A stretch of DNA of 64,000 bases. Source: Reinekea sp. GTDB taxonomy: Bacteria > Pseudomonadota > Gammaproteobacteria > Pseudomonadales > Natronospirillaceae. Positions 19,650 through 28,795 of the stretch are shown here, piece after piece. The notes below the pieces were generated by a model. It saw only the letters and a list, made by a program, of their open reading frames with translations, did not search any database and was not told the DNA's origin. The stretch is taken from assembly GCF_046710285.1 (NCBI RefSeq), contig NZ_JBKEGY010000018.1:1904-65903 (forward strand), in the 5' to 3' direction. The translations under genes and the position numbers were made by a program. Numbering within the stretch: position 1 is the stretch's first letter; every line of letters starts with the position of its first letter.

Positions 19650-20209
19650 CACTTTACGCTTAGGAGGCAAATCACCTTCGAGTGGTCGCTGTTCGCGCCT
19701 CCCTGCGCCGCTAAACATCGGCATCCATGCCTCAGATTCCCACACAAAGCTAATTTCCCACCTAAGCTTACTTGCCAGCCGATTTTGAATTTTACTGATA
19801 GCTAAAAACTGACAGCTGGCAGCTTCACTAAACGCTTAGGTGGCAAATCACCTTTGAGTGGTCGCTGTTCGCGCCTCCCTGCGCCGCTAAACTTCGGCAT
19901 CCATGCCTCAGATTCCCACACAAAGCTAATTTCCCACCTAAGCTTGCCTGCCAGCCGATTTTGAATTTTACTGATAGCTGGCAGCTTCACTAAACGCTTA
20001 GGAGGCAAATCATCTTTGAGCGGTCGCTGTTCGCGCCTCCTTACGCCGCTAAATTTCGGCATCCATGCCTCAGATTCCCACACAAAGCTAATTTCCCGCC
20101 TAAGCTGCCTGCCAGCCGATTTTGACTTTCACCCACAGCCCGAAGCCCGCAGCCAAAAACCGTTTTTCAAATCTTTTCCTTGCAGCTAAAAACTGTCAGC
20201 TGGCAGCTT
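19650..20209. repeat. Three tandem copies of a ~160-220-bp two-hairpin repeat
   Basis: The unit anchors CACT(T/A)(T/A)ACGCTTAGG lie at 19650, 19826 and 19988, giving periods of 176 and 162 bp. Each unit has the stem CTTAGG(T/A)GG...CC(A/G)CCTAAG enclosing a GGCATCCATGCC mini-hairpin (19720, 19896, 20058). This is followed by the hairpin C(C/T)TGCCAGC...GCTGGCAG, whose loop is 35, 21 and ~80 nt in the three units. Confidence 0.9.
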
Positions 20210-20291
20210 TTATAAAAAAACTCACCTAGCCACCAAGACTTAGAATCGCTAAACTACGCGCCTTTCTAAAACTCTGTGGAACTCCTTATTT

Positions 20292-21323
20292 ATGCGAGTC
20301 TTGGGCATTGAATCTTCTTGCGATGAAACTGGCGTGGCTATTTATGATAGCGAACAAGGCTTGATGGCGCATGTTTTATACAGCCAAGTAAAAATGCACG
20401 CTGAATTTGGCGGTGTGGTTCCTGAGTTGGCCTCACGTGATCATATTCGTAAACTGTTGCCTTTAATTCGCGAAGTATTTGCTAAAGTAGGCTTGGCTTT
20501 AGGTGAAGTGGATGGGGTTGCTTTTACCGCTGGACCTGGCCTGGTCGGTGCATTGATGGTGGGCGCTGCCACGGCTCGATCATTGGCGTTTGGCTGGGGT
20601 GTTCCGGCTTTGGGTGTTCATCATATGGAGGGTCATTTGTTGGCGCCTATGCTTGAAGATGAGCCACCGTCATATCCGTTTGTTACCCTGCTCGTGAGTG
20701 GCGGTCATACCATGTTGGTCGATGTCCAAAGCCCGGGTAATTATAAAATTTTAGGTGAAACCCTTGATGATGCCGCCGGTGAGGCATTTGATAAAACCGC
20801 TAAAATGATGGGGCTTCCTTATCCGGGTGGTCCTTTGTTAAGTAAAATTGCCGATGACGGTGTGGCAGGGCGGTTTAAGTTTCCACGGCCTATGGTCGAT
20901 CGGCCCGGGCTTGACTTTAGTTTTTCAGGTTTGAAAACCTCTGTGCGTTTAGTCATTGCTAAGCATGTTGTAGATGAAGTTGTGCCTGATCAAGACATGG
21001 CGGATATCGCTTTTGCCTTTCAAGAGGCGGTTGTAGATACACTGGCTATTAAGTGTCGTCGTGCTTTGCAGCAAACAGGGTACAAAAACCTAGTTATTGC
21101 CGGTGGCGTAAGTGCTAACACACGCTTACGGGCGCGTTTGGCAGAGCTGGTTAAAAAAGAGCGTTGCCATTTATTTTATCCACGCTCAGAATTTTGTACC
21201 GATAATGGTGCCATGATCGCCTATGCTGGCTGGCTGCGTATGCGAGCTGGGCAAAGCTCTGCGCTTGGTCTGGAAATTAGGCCTCGTTGGCCACTAAATA
21301 CACTTGAACCTATTTTAGAGTAA
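20292..21323 (+). CDS. tsaD: tRNA N6-adenosine threonylcarbamoyltransferase
   Basis: [29 protein letters not shown], and Kae1/TsaD length. Confidence 0.97.
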   Translation: MRVLGIESSCDETGVAIYDSEQGLMAHVLYSQVKMHAEFGGVVPELASRDHIRKLLPLIREVFAKVGLALGEVDGVAFTAGPGLVGALMVGAATARSLAFGWGVPALGVHHMEGHLLAPMLEDEPPSYPFVTLLVSGGHTMLVDVQSPGNYKILGETLDDAAGEAFDKTAKMMGLPYPGGPLLSKIADDGVAGRFKFPRPMVDRPGLDFSFSGLKTSVRLVIAKHVVDEVVPDQDMADIAFAFQEAVVDTLAIKCRRALQQTGYKNLVIAGGVSANTRLRARLAELVKKERCHLFYPRSEFCTDNGAMIAYAGWLRMRAGQSSALGLEIRPRWPLNTLEPILE

Positions 21324-21325
21324 GG

Positions 21326-21697
21326 ATGTTTATGCAAGATTGGGTCTATATTGAAGCCTTAAACGTTGAGTCTTTAATCGGTGTCTATGAATTCGAACGT
21401 GAAGCGAAGCAAACTTTGTTGTTAGATTTGAACTTAGCTTTTGATTGTACCAAGGCAGGCGAAACTGACGATTTGCAATATGCACTCGACTACGATGCTT
21501 TGTCGCAGCGAGTTCGGGCTTGGTCCCAAGAGCAAACCTTTGAATTATTAGAGCGCTATGCTCAGCAATTATGTGAACTTATTCACGTAGAGTTCGGCAT
21601 TAACCTTATTCAACTGAGAATCAATAAACCAGCAGCTGTGGGTGGCTGTGCGGCAGTCGGTTTACGCATTGAGCGGCGGTTTGCTGCCCATGACTAG
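21326..21697 (+). CDS. folB: Dihydroneopterin aldolase
   Basis: About 120 aa with the pattern IGVYEFEREAKQTLLLDL....DDL..ALDY typical of FolB, located upstream of folK. Confidence 0.88.
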   Translation: MFMQDWVYIEALNVESLIGVYEFEREAKQTLLLDLNLAFDCTKAGETDDLQYALDYDALSQRVRAWSQEQTFELLERYAQQLCELIHVEFGINLIQLRINKPAAVGGCAAVGLRIERRFAAHD

Positions 21698-22190
21698 TCT
21701 AATTCAGGTAACGCTAAGCTTAGGTAGTAATATTGATCGTTTTAAGCATATTAATGCAGCTTTGACCGCGTTAGAAAATGAGTTTGGTGAAGTTATCAGT
21801 TCGCCAATTTACGAAAGTGAAGCCGTTGGTTTTGATGGCAGTGCTTTTTTGAATTCTATTGCCATTATTTATACGCAAAAGAGTTTAACCAATGTCATTA
21901 GTGTATTAAAAAATATAGAAGATCGTCACGGTCGGGACCGGACTGGGCCAAAATTTAGCCCGCGAACATTAGATATTGACGTGGTTACCTATGGTGGTTT
22001 TCATGGAAATCATGAAGGCATTGAACTGCCTCGTGCTGAGTTGTTTAAAAATGCCTTTGTACTGCGGCCTATGGCTGACTTGCTGCCTGAAGATAGCGTA
22101 CCAGGTCTGACCTTGAGTTATGCTCAGTTGTGGCAGCAGTTTGATCAATCGAAGCAAGCACTCGCGCCGGTCAATTTTGTACGACGCTGA
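21690..22190 (+). CDS. folK: 2-amino-4-hydroxy-6-hydroxymethyldihydropteridine diphosphokinase
   Basis: VTLSLGSNIDR...SPIYESEAVG...RTLDIDVV....LELPR match the HPPK motifs. The ATG at 21690 overlaps the folB end, and the longer listed start at 21642 is unlikely. Confidence 0.9.
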   Translation: MTSLIQVTLSLGSNIDRFKHINAALTALENEFGEVISSPIYESEAVGFDGSAFLNSIAIIYTQKSLTNVISVLKNIEDRHGRDRTGPKFSPRTLDIDVVTYGGFHGNHEGIELPRAELFKNAFVLRPMADLLPEDSVPGLTLSYAQLWQQFDQSKQALAPVNFVRR

Positions 22191-22212
22191 TTGATATCTG
22201 CTATAAGGCTGT

Positions 22213-23037
22213 CTATTTCGCTTCGATAGCGTCTATCACACGGTTGATCATGACAGCAACGCCATTCTCCTCACAATTAAGTGTCACCTCATTAGCAAGG
22301 GCTTTTATGTCATCGGGTGCATTGCCCATGGCAACGCCTAAACCGCAATCACGAATCATGGTTAAATCGTTGTAACTGTCACCTAAAGCCATAACATGAG
22401 TTTTTTCTATGTCTAACTTCTTACAAATGACATCGATACCACGACTTTTGTCGACCGCTAAGTTTGTGAACTCTAAGAAAACAGGTTTGGAGATACTGAT
22501 CATGAATTGATCGCCAAGTTGCTGTGCTAATGTTTCTTTCATTTGCTTTACTTTGTTAGCGGGTCCGGTCAAAAGTACTTTAGGGACCTTTTCGGTGACG
22601 AGAGCTTTCATATTACTAACAATACGGACAGGCATTCCTGTCAATTCGGCTTCAAAATCAGTATGGGGGTTTTCAATATTTGTGATGATCTCGCCTTCAA
22701 CGTAGGTATGTAAGTTGCAACTTTGTTCGCGGGCAATATCAATAAGTAAATCAAGTTCTATTTTGGTTAAGCAGGTGTCGAATAATACCTTTTGGTTTGA
22801 CCAATCTGTTACGTAGGCGCCGTTGTAAGAAATCACAAAACCATTTTTAGTAAATGCTAACTCATCAGCAAAAGTAGACATGGCGGGTGTTGGGCGACCG
22901 GACGCCAACACCAATGTAATTCCGGCCAGTTGTGCACGTTTGAGGGCTGCTCGATTAGCATCACTCACCTGTAATTTTGAGTTTAGTAAAGTATCGTCCA
23001 TATCCATTACGATCATGCGAATGGCTTGGTAAGGCAT
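22213..23037 (-). CDS. Cof-type HAD-IIB sugar-phosphatase family hydrolase
   Basis: Contains VMDMDDTLL (DxD nucleophile motif), LASGRP and GDSYNDLTM. Confidence 0.85.
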   Translation of the reverse strand: MPYQAIRMIVMDMDDTLLNSKLQVSDANRAALKRAQLAGITLVLASGRPTPAMSTFADELAFTKNGFVISYNGAYVTDWSNQKVLFDTCLTKIELDLLIDIAREQSCNLHTYVEGEIITNIENPHTDFEAELTGMPVRIVSNMKALVTEKVPKVLLTGPANKVKQMKETLAQQLGDQFMISISKPVFLEFTNLAVDKSRGIDVICKKLDIEKTHVMALGDSYNDLTMIRDCGLGVAMGNAPDDIKALANEVTLNCEENGVAVMINRVIDAIEAK

Positions 23038-23228
23038 ATTAGTTCCGTTTTGGGCAGTTTTTAACGGCTAAGATTATCTAGGGTTTTAGAGATAAATCCA
23101 GCTTAAAAGCAACCAAGTTGACTTCCATCATTCTTTTCGATGACCTATGCATCAGATCTACCCAACACCTATAGTCTAGGTGAAACGTAGTAGACTCTAA
23201 AGCCGATTAGCCTGTTCTTTTTAATTCA

Positions 23229-24575
23229 TTATCGAATCCATACTTCTACACGTAAGTTTCTCAGTGCAAATTTTTCATCAGTATTGTCGGCCACTGGATT
23301 CATCTCGCCATAACCCGTCATTGCATTTGTTTGGATACCAATGCTATTCAACTGTTGTTTGACTCTTAAAGCGCGTGCTTCAGATAGCAGTTGTGCTCTA
23401 AATTCTGAATTTTGTTTGTTAGCAAAGGCAACTAGCATAATCGAACGGTTTTGGTTTTCGGGTCGAGCCATATACTCTTGAATGCGTAAAAGGTCGTCTT
23501 GTGCCTTATTATCTAGTGTTTTTTCCCCTGGAGAAAATCGAAAGTTTGTGGTTAAACGCATGGAGCGTTCGATAATAAAACGATATCCATTCGGTAGGTT
23601 ATCTGCTGGCTCGATTGACAGCTCGGTTAGATTTTGTGATACAAAGCCAGAGTTTGCTACGGTATTTTGCCCCGTTGGTGATTTCACAAAACTAAGGAAG
23701 TCTTTTGCAAAGGCATTACTACTATTCGCCTGATAAAGGTAAAGTCGACGTGATAGAGGGTAATCCTCAATAGCGATTGACGATACCTTAGGTAGCATTG
23801 GCTGACTCTCTCCATCAATAATCGCGACGGCCTTTGCATGCCCTATGCTCGCAAAAGCTGTAAACCCTATCGCGCCAAACTGAGATGAAACCTGTTTGGC
23901 TAGCTGATCATTCGATTCGTAACGTTTTATATTGCGTTTAAGTTGATAGCCACGACTCAGGACTAGGGCTTTAAAGGTATCAAAAGTGCCTGATTTATCA
24001 TCACGAGCATGAATAGACACAGTTAAATTTGGACCGCCTAATTGTTGCCAATTGGTTATTTTACCAGAAAATAACTCACCCACTTGGCTAATGGTCAAGG
24101 AGGGAATAGATAAATCAGGGTGCGTTATTATGGCTAAACCATCGATCGCCAATACGGTTTCTGTTTCGTATTGAGTCAAATCTATGGTAGGAAATAGCGC
24201 GTTTTCACTTGGTTTTATCGGTCGCGATGCTGCAGCAATGTCTGCACGCCCATTTCGAATCTGCTCAAAGCCAGTTCCAGAACCGTGTGCTGCGACCAAT
24301 ATTTTAATGAGTTGCTTTGTTGGGCTTATAGCCCAGACTTCCTTTTCATTCGGTACAGAAGTTACTTTAATCTCTATAGAGTTAAACTTATGTTCTGTTA
24401 GCCAAGTAGCAATAAGGTTAGGCGCCAATTCAGCGCCAATCGTATTTGACCCGTGTATTTCAAAAAGGTAGCCATTTTTGTTTGCAACCACCTCCGTTGA
24501 CTCGAAATTAATCGAGAATGCGGACATGGGATAGGCAATACAAACCAACAGAGCGACAAGCCATTTTCTAGTCAT
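23229..24575 (-). CDS. Secreted PstS-like periplasmic-binding domain fused to a C-terminal OmpA-like domain
   Basis: A signal peptide (MTRKWLVALLVCIAYPMSAFS) is followed by a PBP type-2 region (VAAHGSGTGFEQIRNGRADIAAASRPIKPSE, RDDKSGTFDTF). The C-terminus resembles an OmpA-family peptidoglycan-binding domain (...LSEARALRVKQQL...GYGEMNPVADN...NLRVEVWI). Confidence 0.8.
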   Translation of the reverse strand: MTRKWLVALLVCIAYPMSAFSINFESTEVVANKNGYLFEIHGSNTIGAELAPNLIATWLTEHKFNSIEIKVTSVPNEKEVWAISPTKQLIKILVAAHGSGTGFEQIRNGRADIAAASRPIKPSENALFPTIDLTQYETETVLAIDGLAIITHPDLSIPSLTISQVGELFSGKITNWQQLGGPNLTVSIHARDDKSGTFDTFKALVLSRGYQLKRNIKRYESNDQLAKQVSSQFGAIGFTAFASIGHAKAVAIIDGESQPMLPKVSSIAIEDYPLSRRLYLYQANSSNAFAKDFLSFVKSPTGQNTVANSGFVSQNLTELSIEPADNLPNGYRFIIERSMRLTTNFRFSPGEKTLDNKAQDDLLRIQEYMARPENQNRSIMLVAFANKQNSEFRAQLLSEARALRVKQQLNSIGIQTNAMTGYGEMNPVADNTDEKFALRNLRVEVWIR

Positions 24576-24733
24576 GTGGACTTCCATAAAAATGAGAGGT
24601 CAGCATAATAGATAGAATATATGACGTATTTATGACAGTTGCGCCATGTCCTTGTCATATTTTAGTGGCTTCGTTTAGAAAGCTTAGCTTTTCTGCTATC
24701 CTAAGCGGTTCAACACAGCCGTAGTAGATTTTC

Positions 24734-26920
24734 ATGCATAAGACCGCCCCACACATATTCAAATACCCTAAATATTGGGCATCTTGCTTCGACCCTGCGC
24801 CTTTTTTACCGATGAGTCGGGAGGAAATGGATCAGCTTGGCTGGGACAGTTGTGACGTTATTGTGGTCTCAGGCGATGCTTATGTCGACCACCCCAGTTT
24901 TGGCATGGCGGTAATTGGGCGTTTATTGGAGGCTCAAGGCTTTCGAGTTGGCATAATTAGCCAGCCAGACTGGACATCGACAGACCCGTTTAAAGCGCTC
25001 GGGAAGCCGAATTTATATTTTGGTGTGACCGCGGGCAACATGGATTCTCTAATTAACCGTTACACTGCCGATTTAAAAGTTCGCAACGACGACGCCTATA
25101 CGCCAAACAATGAAGGCGGCAAACGACCGGATCGTTCTGTATTGGTTTACAGTCAAAAATGTAAAGAAGCTTATTCTGATGTGCCAGTGGTCATCGGTGG
25201 CATTGAAGCCAGCTTGCGTCGAATTGCCCAGTACGATTATTGGAGTAACAAAGTACGCCATTCGGTTTTGTTTGATGCCAATGCCGATATTTTGCTATAC
25301 GGTAATGCTGAGCGTGCATTAGTGGAAGTGACACATAAGCTTGCCAATAACGTACCGGTAGCAGATATAAAAAACGTTCGCGGCACGACTATTTTGCTTA
25401 AAGAAACACCACGAGACTGGGTTGAAATAGATTCAAGCCGAATTGACTGGCCACATAATATCGGTGAAGTGACCGAGTTTAATGAGCCAAATCCGTACGA
25501 AGAGAAAAAGCCAATAACAGAGGCGGGCGATAAAGCCAGTTGCGCTGCAAGTGAACAAGTCGACGATGTTCAAACCTTACGTATTGTGCCAATGCCACTG
25601 CAACGTAAAGCCGACATTGATCACGAGAAAACCTATATTCGTTTACCGTCTTTTGAAAAAGTTCGTAACGACCCGGCACTCTATGCGCACGCAAGTCGAG
25701 TATTACACGTTGAAGCAAACCCTCATAACTCACATGTGTTGGTGCAAAAACATGATAACTTAGAAGTCTGGGTAAACCCGCCACCCATACCATTAACCAC
25801 AGAAGAAATGGACGGCGTATTCGATTTAACCTATGCGCGTGTTCCACACCCTAGCTACGGTAAAGCAAAAATACCGGCTTACGATATGATCAAAACATCG
25901 ATTAACATTATGCGCGGTTGTTTTGGTGGCTGTACTTTTTGTTCTATTACTGAGCATGAAGGTCGAATTATTCAAAGTCGATCTCATGAGTCAGTCTTAC
26001 GTGAAGTTGAAGACATGCGAGATAAAATTCCGAATTTTACCGGAAGTATCTCAGACCTCGGTGGTCCAACAGCAAACATGTATCACCTGAATTGCAAGGA
26101 TGATGAAATACAGGCCAATTGCCGTCGACTCAGTTGTGTATACCCGTCTATTTGTAAAAATCTAATTACCGACCATTCGATGACAACAGAGCTCTATCGC
26201 AAGGTTCGCCGAGTAGAAGGTATTAAAAATGTCGCGATTGCCTCGGGCTTGCGTTACGACCTAGCGGTTGAAGACCCTGAGTATGTTGAAGAGTTAGTAA
26301 CGCATCACGTCGGAGGCTATTTAAAAATTGCACCAGAACATACTGAAAATAGACCGTTGCAAATGATGATGAAGCCAGGCATGGGCACTTACGACCGCTT
26401 TAAGACAATGTTTGAAAAGTTTTCCCGTAAAGCCGGTAAAAAACAGTATTTGATTCCATATTTTATTGCTGCCCACCCAGGCTGTGAAGATGAAGATATG
26501 GTGAACTTAGCGCTTTGGTTAAAGCGTAACAATATGAAAGTTGATCAGGTGCAAACCTTTTACCCATCACCCATGAGCTTAGCGACGGCCATGTATTACT
26601 CAGGTAAGAACCCGTTAAAGCGAGTGACTTACAAAAGTAATCCAGTCAACATTGTTAAGAAAATCGAACAGCGACAATTGCAAAAAACATTGCTGCGTTA
26701 TCATGACAAGCAGGGCTGGGATACAATTCGGGAAACCTTAACCAATATGGGCTTGAAGCACTTGATTGGCGATGGTGAGAATCAATTGATTCCTGCCGCT
26801 GAAAAGCCTGAGTCACGTAAAAAATATCAGTCGCCAAATAAAGCCAAGCATTTGAATCGCCCCGGTAAACCCGTTCGAAAGCATGTGAAGAAAAAAGTGA
26901 AGTCGATTAAAAAAATGTAA
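24734..26920 (+). CDS. ygiQ: YgiQ-family radical SAM protein (UPF0313)
   Basis: [37 protein letters not shown], the radical-SAM cluster [10 protein letters not shown], and a basic Lys-rich tail. Length is 728 aa, as for E. coli YgiQ. Confidence 0.9.
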   Translation: MHKTAPHIFKYPKYWASCFDPAPFLPMSREEMDQLGWDSCDVIVVSGDAYVDHPSFGMAVIGRLLEAQGFRVGIISQPDWTSTDPFKALGKPNLYFGVTAGNMDSLINRYTADLKVRNDDAYTPNNEGGKRPDRSVLVYSQKCKEAYSDVPVVIGGIEASLRRIAQYDYWSNKVRHSVLFDANADILLYGNAERALVEVTHKLANNVPVADIKNVRGTTILLKETPRDWVEIDSSRIDWPHNIGEVTEFNEPNPYEEKKPITEAGDKASCAASEQVDDVQTLRIVPMPLQRKADIDHEKTYIRLPSFEKVRNDPALYAHASRVLHVEANPHNSHVLVQKHDNLEVWVNPPPIPLTTEEMDGVFDLTYARVPHPSYGKAKIPAYDMIKTSINIMRGCFGGCTFCSITEHEGRIIQSRSHESVLREVEDMRDKIPNFTGSISDLGGPTANMYHLNCKDDEIQANCRRLSCVYPSICKNLITDHSMTTELYRKVRRVEGIKNVAIASGLRYDLAVEDPEYVEELVTHHVGGYLKIAPEHTENRPLQMMMKPGMGTYDRFKTMFEKFSRKAGKKQYLIPYFIAAHPGCEDEDMVNLALWLKRNNMKVDQVQTFYPSPMSLATAMYYSGKNPLKRVTYKSNPVNIVKKIEQRQLQKTLLRYHDKQGWDTIRETLTNMGLKHLIGDGENQLIPAAEKPESRKKYQSPNKAKHLNRPGKPVRKHVKKKVKSIKKM

Positions 26921-26960
26921 CAGCGTATTGCTCAATAAGAGCGTCGAGCTAATTTACGTC

Positions 26961-26990
26961 AAAAAAAAGCCTCACAAATGTGAGGCTTTT
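26961..26990. terminator. Bidirectional rho-independent terminator (ygiQ / glnA)
   Basis: AAAAAAAAGCCTCAC-aaat-GTGAGGCTTTT between convergent genes. Confidence 0.85.
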
Positions 26991-27009
26991 CAATTCTAAG
27001 AGTTATTGA

Positions 27010-28413
27010 TTAGATAGAGTAGTACATATCAAACTCAACAGGGTGAGTGGTCATGTTCAAACGTGCTACTTCTTCCATTTTCAAACTGATGTATGCATCA
27101 ATCGTATCATCATCGAATACGCCACCAACTTTCAAGTACTCACGGTCTGCACTTAATGCTTCTAATGCTTGCTCTAAACTAGTCGCAACAGTTGGGTATT
27201 CAGCTGCTTCTTCTGGAGGAAGATCGTATAGATCTTTATCAGCTGGGTCACCAGGGTGGATCTTGTTGATAACGCCGTCAAGGCCTGCCATCAAGAATGC
27301 TGAGAACATCAAGTATGGGTTCGCAGACGGGTCACCGAAACGTACTTCAACACGTTTGCCTTTAGGCGAATTAACGTATGGGATACGGATAGATGCAGAA
27401 CGGTTGCGGGCTGAGTAAGCCAAAATAACAGGCGCTTCAAAATCAGGAACCAAACGCTTATAAGAGTTGGTTGAAGCGTTAGCAAAAGCGTTCAATGAAC
27501 GAGCATGCTTAATGATACCGCCAGTATAAAATAAAGCCGCTTCAGATAATCCAGCATAGTCGTCGCCCGCAAACTGGTTAACACCGTCTTTCATATAAGA
27601 CATGTGAACGTGCATGCCAGAACCGTTGTCACCAACAATTGGCTTAGGCATAAAAGTGGCTGTTTTACCGTACGCGTGAGCTACGTTGTGTACACAGTAT
27701 TTTAGAATCTGCACTTCATCGGCTTTCTTAACAAGCGTATTAAGACCGACACCAATTTCACACTGACCTGCGTTCGCAACTTCATGGTGGTGTACTTCAA
27801 TTACTAGGCCCATTGCTTCCATCGCATCACACATTTGTGTGCGAATTTCATGCAGGCTGTCAACTGGAGGTACTGGAAAGTAACCGCCTTTGACGGTAGG
27901 GCGGTGACCTGAGTTACCATCTGCAAACGTTTTTGCTGAAGACCAATGTGCCTCGTCAGAATCAATTTTATAGAAGCAGCCAGACATATCTACTCCCCAT
28001 TTGACATCATCAAAAACGAAAAACTCTGGCTCTGGACCAAAGAAAGCATCATCGCCTAGCCCAGTAGAACGTAGGTAGTCTTCTGCACGTTTGGCAATTG
28101 AACGAGGATCACGGTTGTAGCCTTCACCTGAAGAAGGCTCTACGATGTTACAACGTATAATAACAGTAGCGTCTTCTGTAAATGGGTCAAGAACAGAGGC
28201 TTCGTCATCAGGCATCAAAATCATGTCTGATTCATTAATTCCCTTCCAGCCTTGAATGGAAGAACCATCAAACATTTGACCATCTTCAAAGAAACCGTCA
28301 TCTACTTCAGATGAAGGGATCGTCACGTGATGCTCTTTACCTTTGGTATCGGTAAAGCGTAAATCAGCCCAGCGAGCTTCAGATTCTTTGATAAGCGAAA
28401 TCGTTTTAGACAT
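27010..28413 (-). CDS. glnA: Glutamine synthetase type I
   Basis: [42 protein letters not shown], and the adenylylation-loop region NLYDLPPEE (here DLYDLPPEE). Start placed at the ATG at 28413. Confidence 0.97.
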   Translation of the reverse strand: MSKTISLIKESEARWADLRFTDTKGKEHHVTIPSSEVDDGFFEDGQMFDGSSIQGWKGINESDMILMPDDEASVLDPFTEDATVIIRCNIVEPSSGEGYNRDPRSIAKRAEDYLRSTGLGDDAFFGPEPEFFVFDDVKWGVDMSGCFYKIDSDEAHWSSAKTFADGNSGHRPTVKGGYFPVPPVDSLHEIRTQMCDAMEAMGLVIEVHHHEVANAGQCEIGVGLNTLVKKADEVQILKYCVHNVAHAYGKTATFMPKPIVGDNGSGMHVHMSYMKDGVNQFAGDDYAGLSEAALFYTGGIIKHARSLNAFANASTNSYKRLVPDFEAPVILAYSARNRSASIRIPYVNSPKGKRVEVRFGDPSANPYLMFSAFLMAGLDGVINKIHPGDPADKDLYDLPPEEAAEYPTVATSLEQALEALSADREYLKVGGVFDDDTIDAYISLKMEEVARLNMTTHPVEFDMYYSI

Positions 28414-28542
28414 TATGCGTCTCCGTTCCATTTTTTATGTGTTAGGTGGCTATAGTAGCCGTTGTTGTACAAATTCTTTTGTCCGTACTTTGCTATGGAT
28501 TTTCGATCATCATATATAAAGCACTAACAGTGTGCATAGTAA

Positions 28543-28558
28543 AGCAATCGCTATGCCA
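28543..28558 (-). promoter_or_regulatory. Candidate sigma-54 promoter of glnA (glnAp2-like)
   Basis: The minus strand reads CTGGCATAGCGATTGCTTT, with GG-N10-GC spacing matching TGGCAC-N5-TTGCW. It lies about 130 nt upstream of the glnA ATG. Confidence 0.6.
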
Positions 28559-28653
28559 GACATTGAAGTTCCATGAATTAGCGGGCTCTAGGCCAATCAA
28601 AGGTAATTTACCTTGATTCTAGTGCGTCATTATAGTGCTATTGTTATTAAAGG

Positions 28654-28668
28654 GCACTGTTTTGGTGC
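28654..28668. promoter_or_regulatory. Candidate NtrC enhancer site
   Basis: GCACTGTTTTGGTGC is a GCAC-N7-GTGC dyad, as in TGCACC-N5-GGTGCA. It lies about 100 bp upstream of the sigma-54 element. Confidence 0.4.
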
Positions 28669-28795
28669 TCTTTAATGTAAAGGATGAATTATTTAATTTT
28701 TGTGGTTTAAAACAGAGCTTTTTCATAGCTAGAAGGCTGATTCGGAAGCCAAGGGTGCTATAATCGCCGCCCAAATTCACACGCGCCTGATTATC

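Noticed and set aside
19440-20083. ORFs 19440-19745 (-), 19588-19788 (+) and 19802-20083 (-), which encode repeated MWESEAWMP.FSG..RREQRPL..DLPPKR peptides.
   Set aside because: They exist only because the tandem DNA repeat stays open in these frames. The first also runs antisense into the EAL domain. No RBS is visible, the units differ by non-conservative amino-acid changes, and the conserved features are nucleic-acid stems.
19650-20209. Interpretation of the tandem repeats as a CRISPR array or as integron attC sites.
   Set aside because: The units are 162-220 bp and directly abut one another with no unique spacers or cassettes. There are no cas or intI genes in the window, and the unit ends do not match the RYYYAAC/GTTRRRY attC core sites.
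19650-20209. Interpretation of the tandem repeats as a CsrB/RsmZ-like CsrA sponge transcribed from the minus strand, with 4 GGA motifs per unit on that strand.
   Set aside because: Four GGA per ~160 nt is barely above the random expectation of ~2.5, and only two of the four fit ANGGA. I see no GacA-type upstream box (TGTAAG-N6-CTTACA), promoter or terminator for a minus-strand transcript. The idea is kept only as a sub-hypothesis under the shared-hairpin finding.
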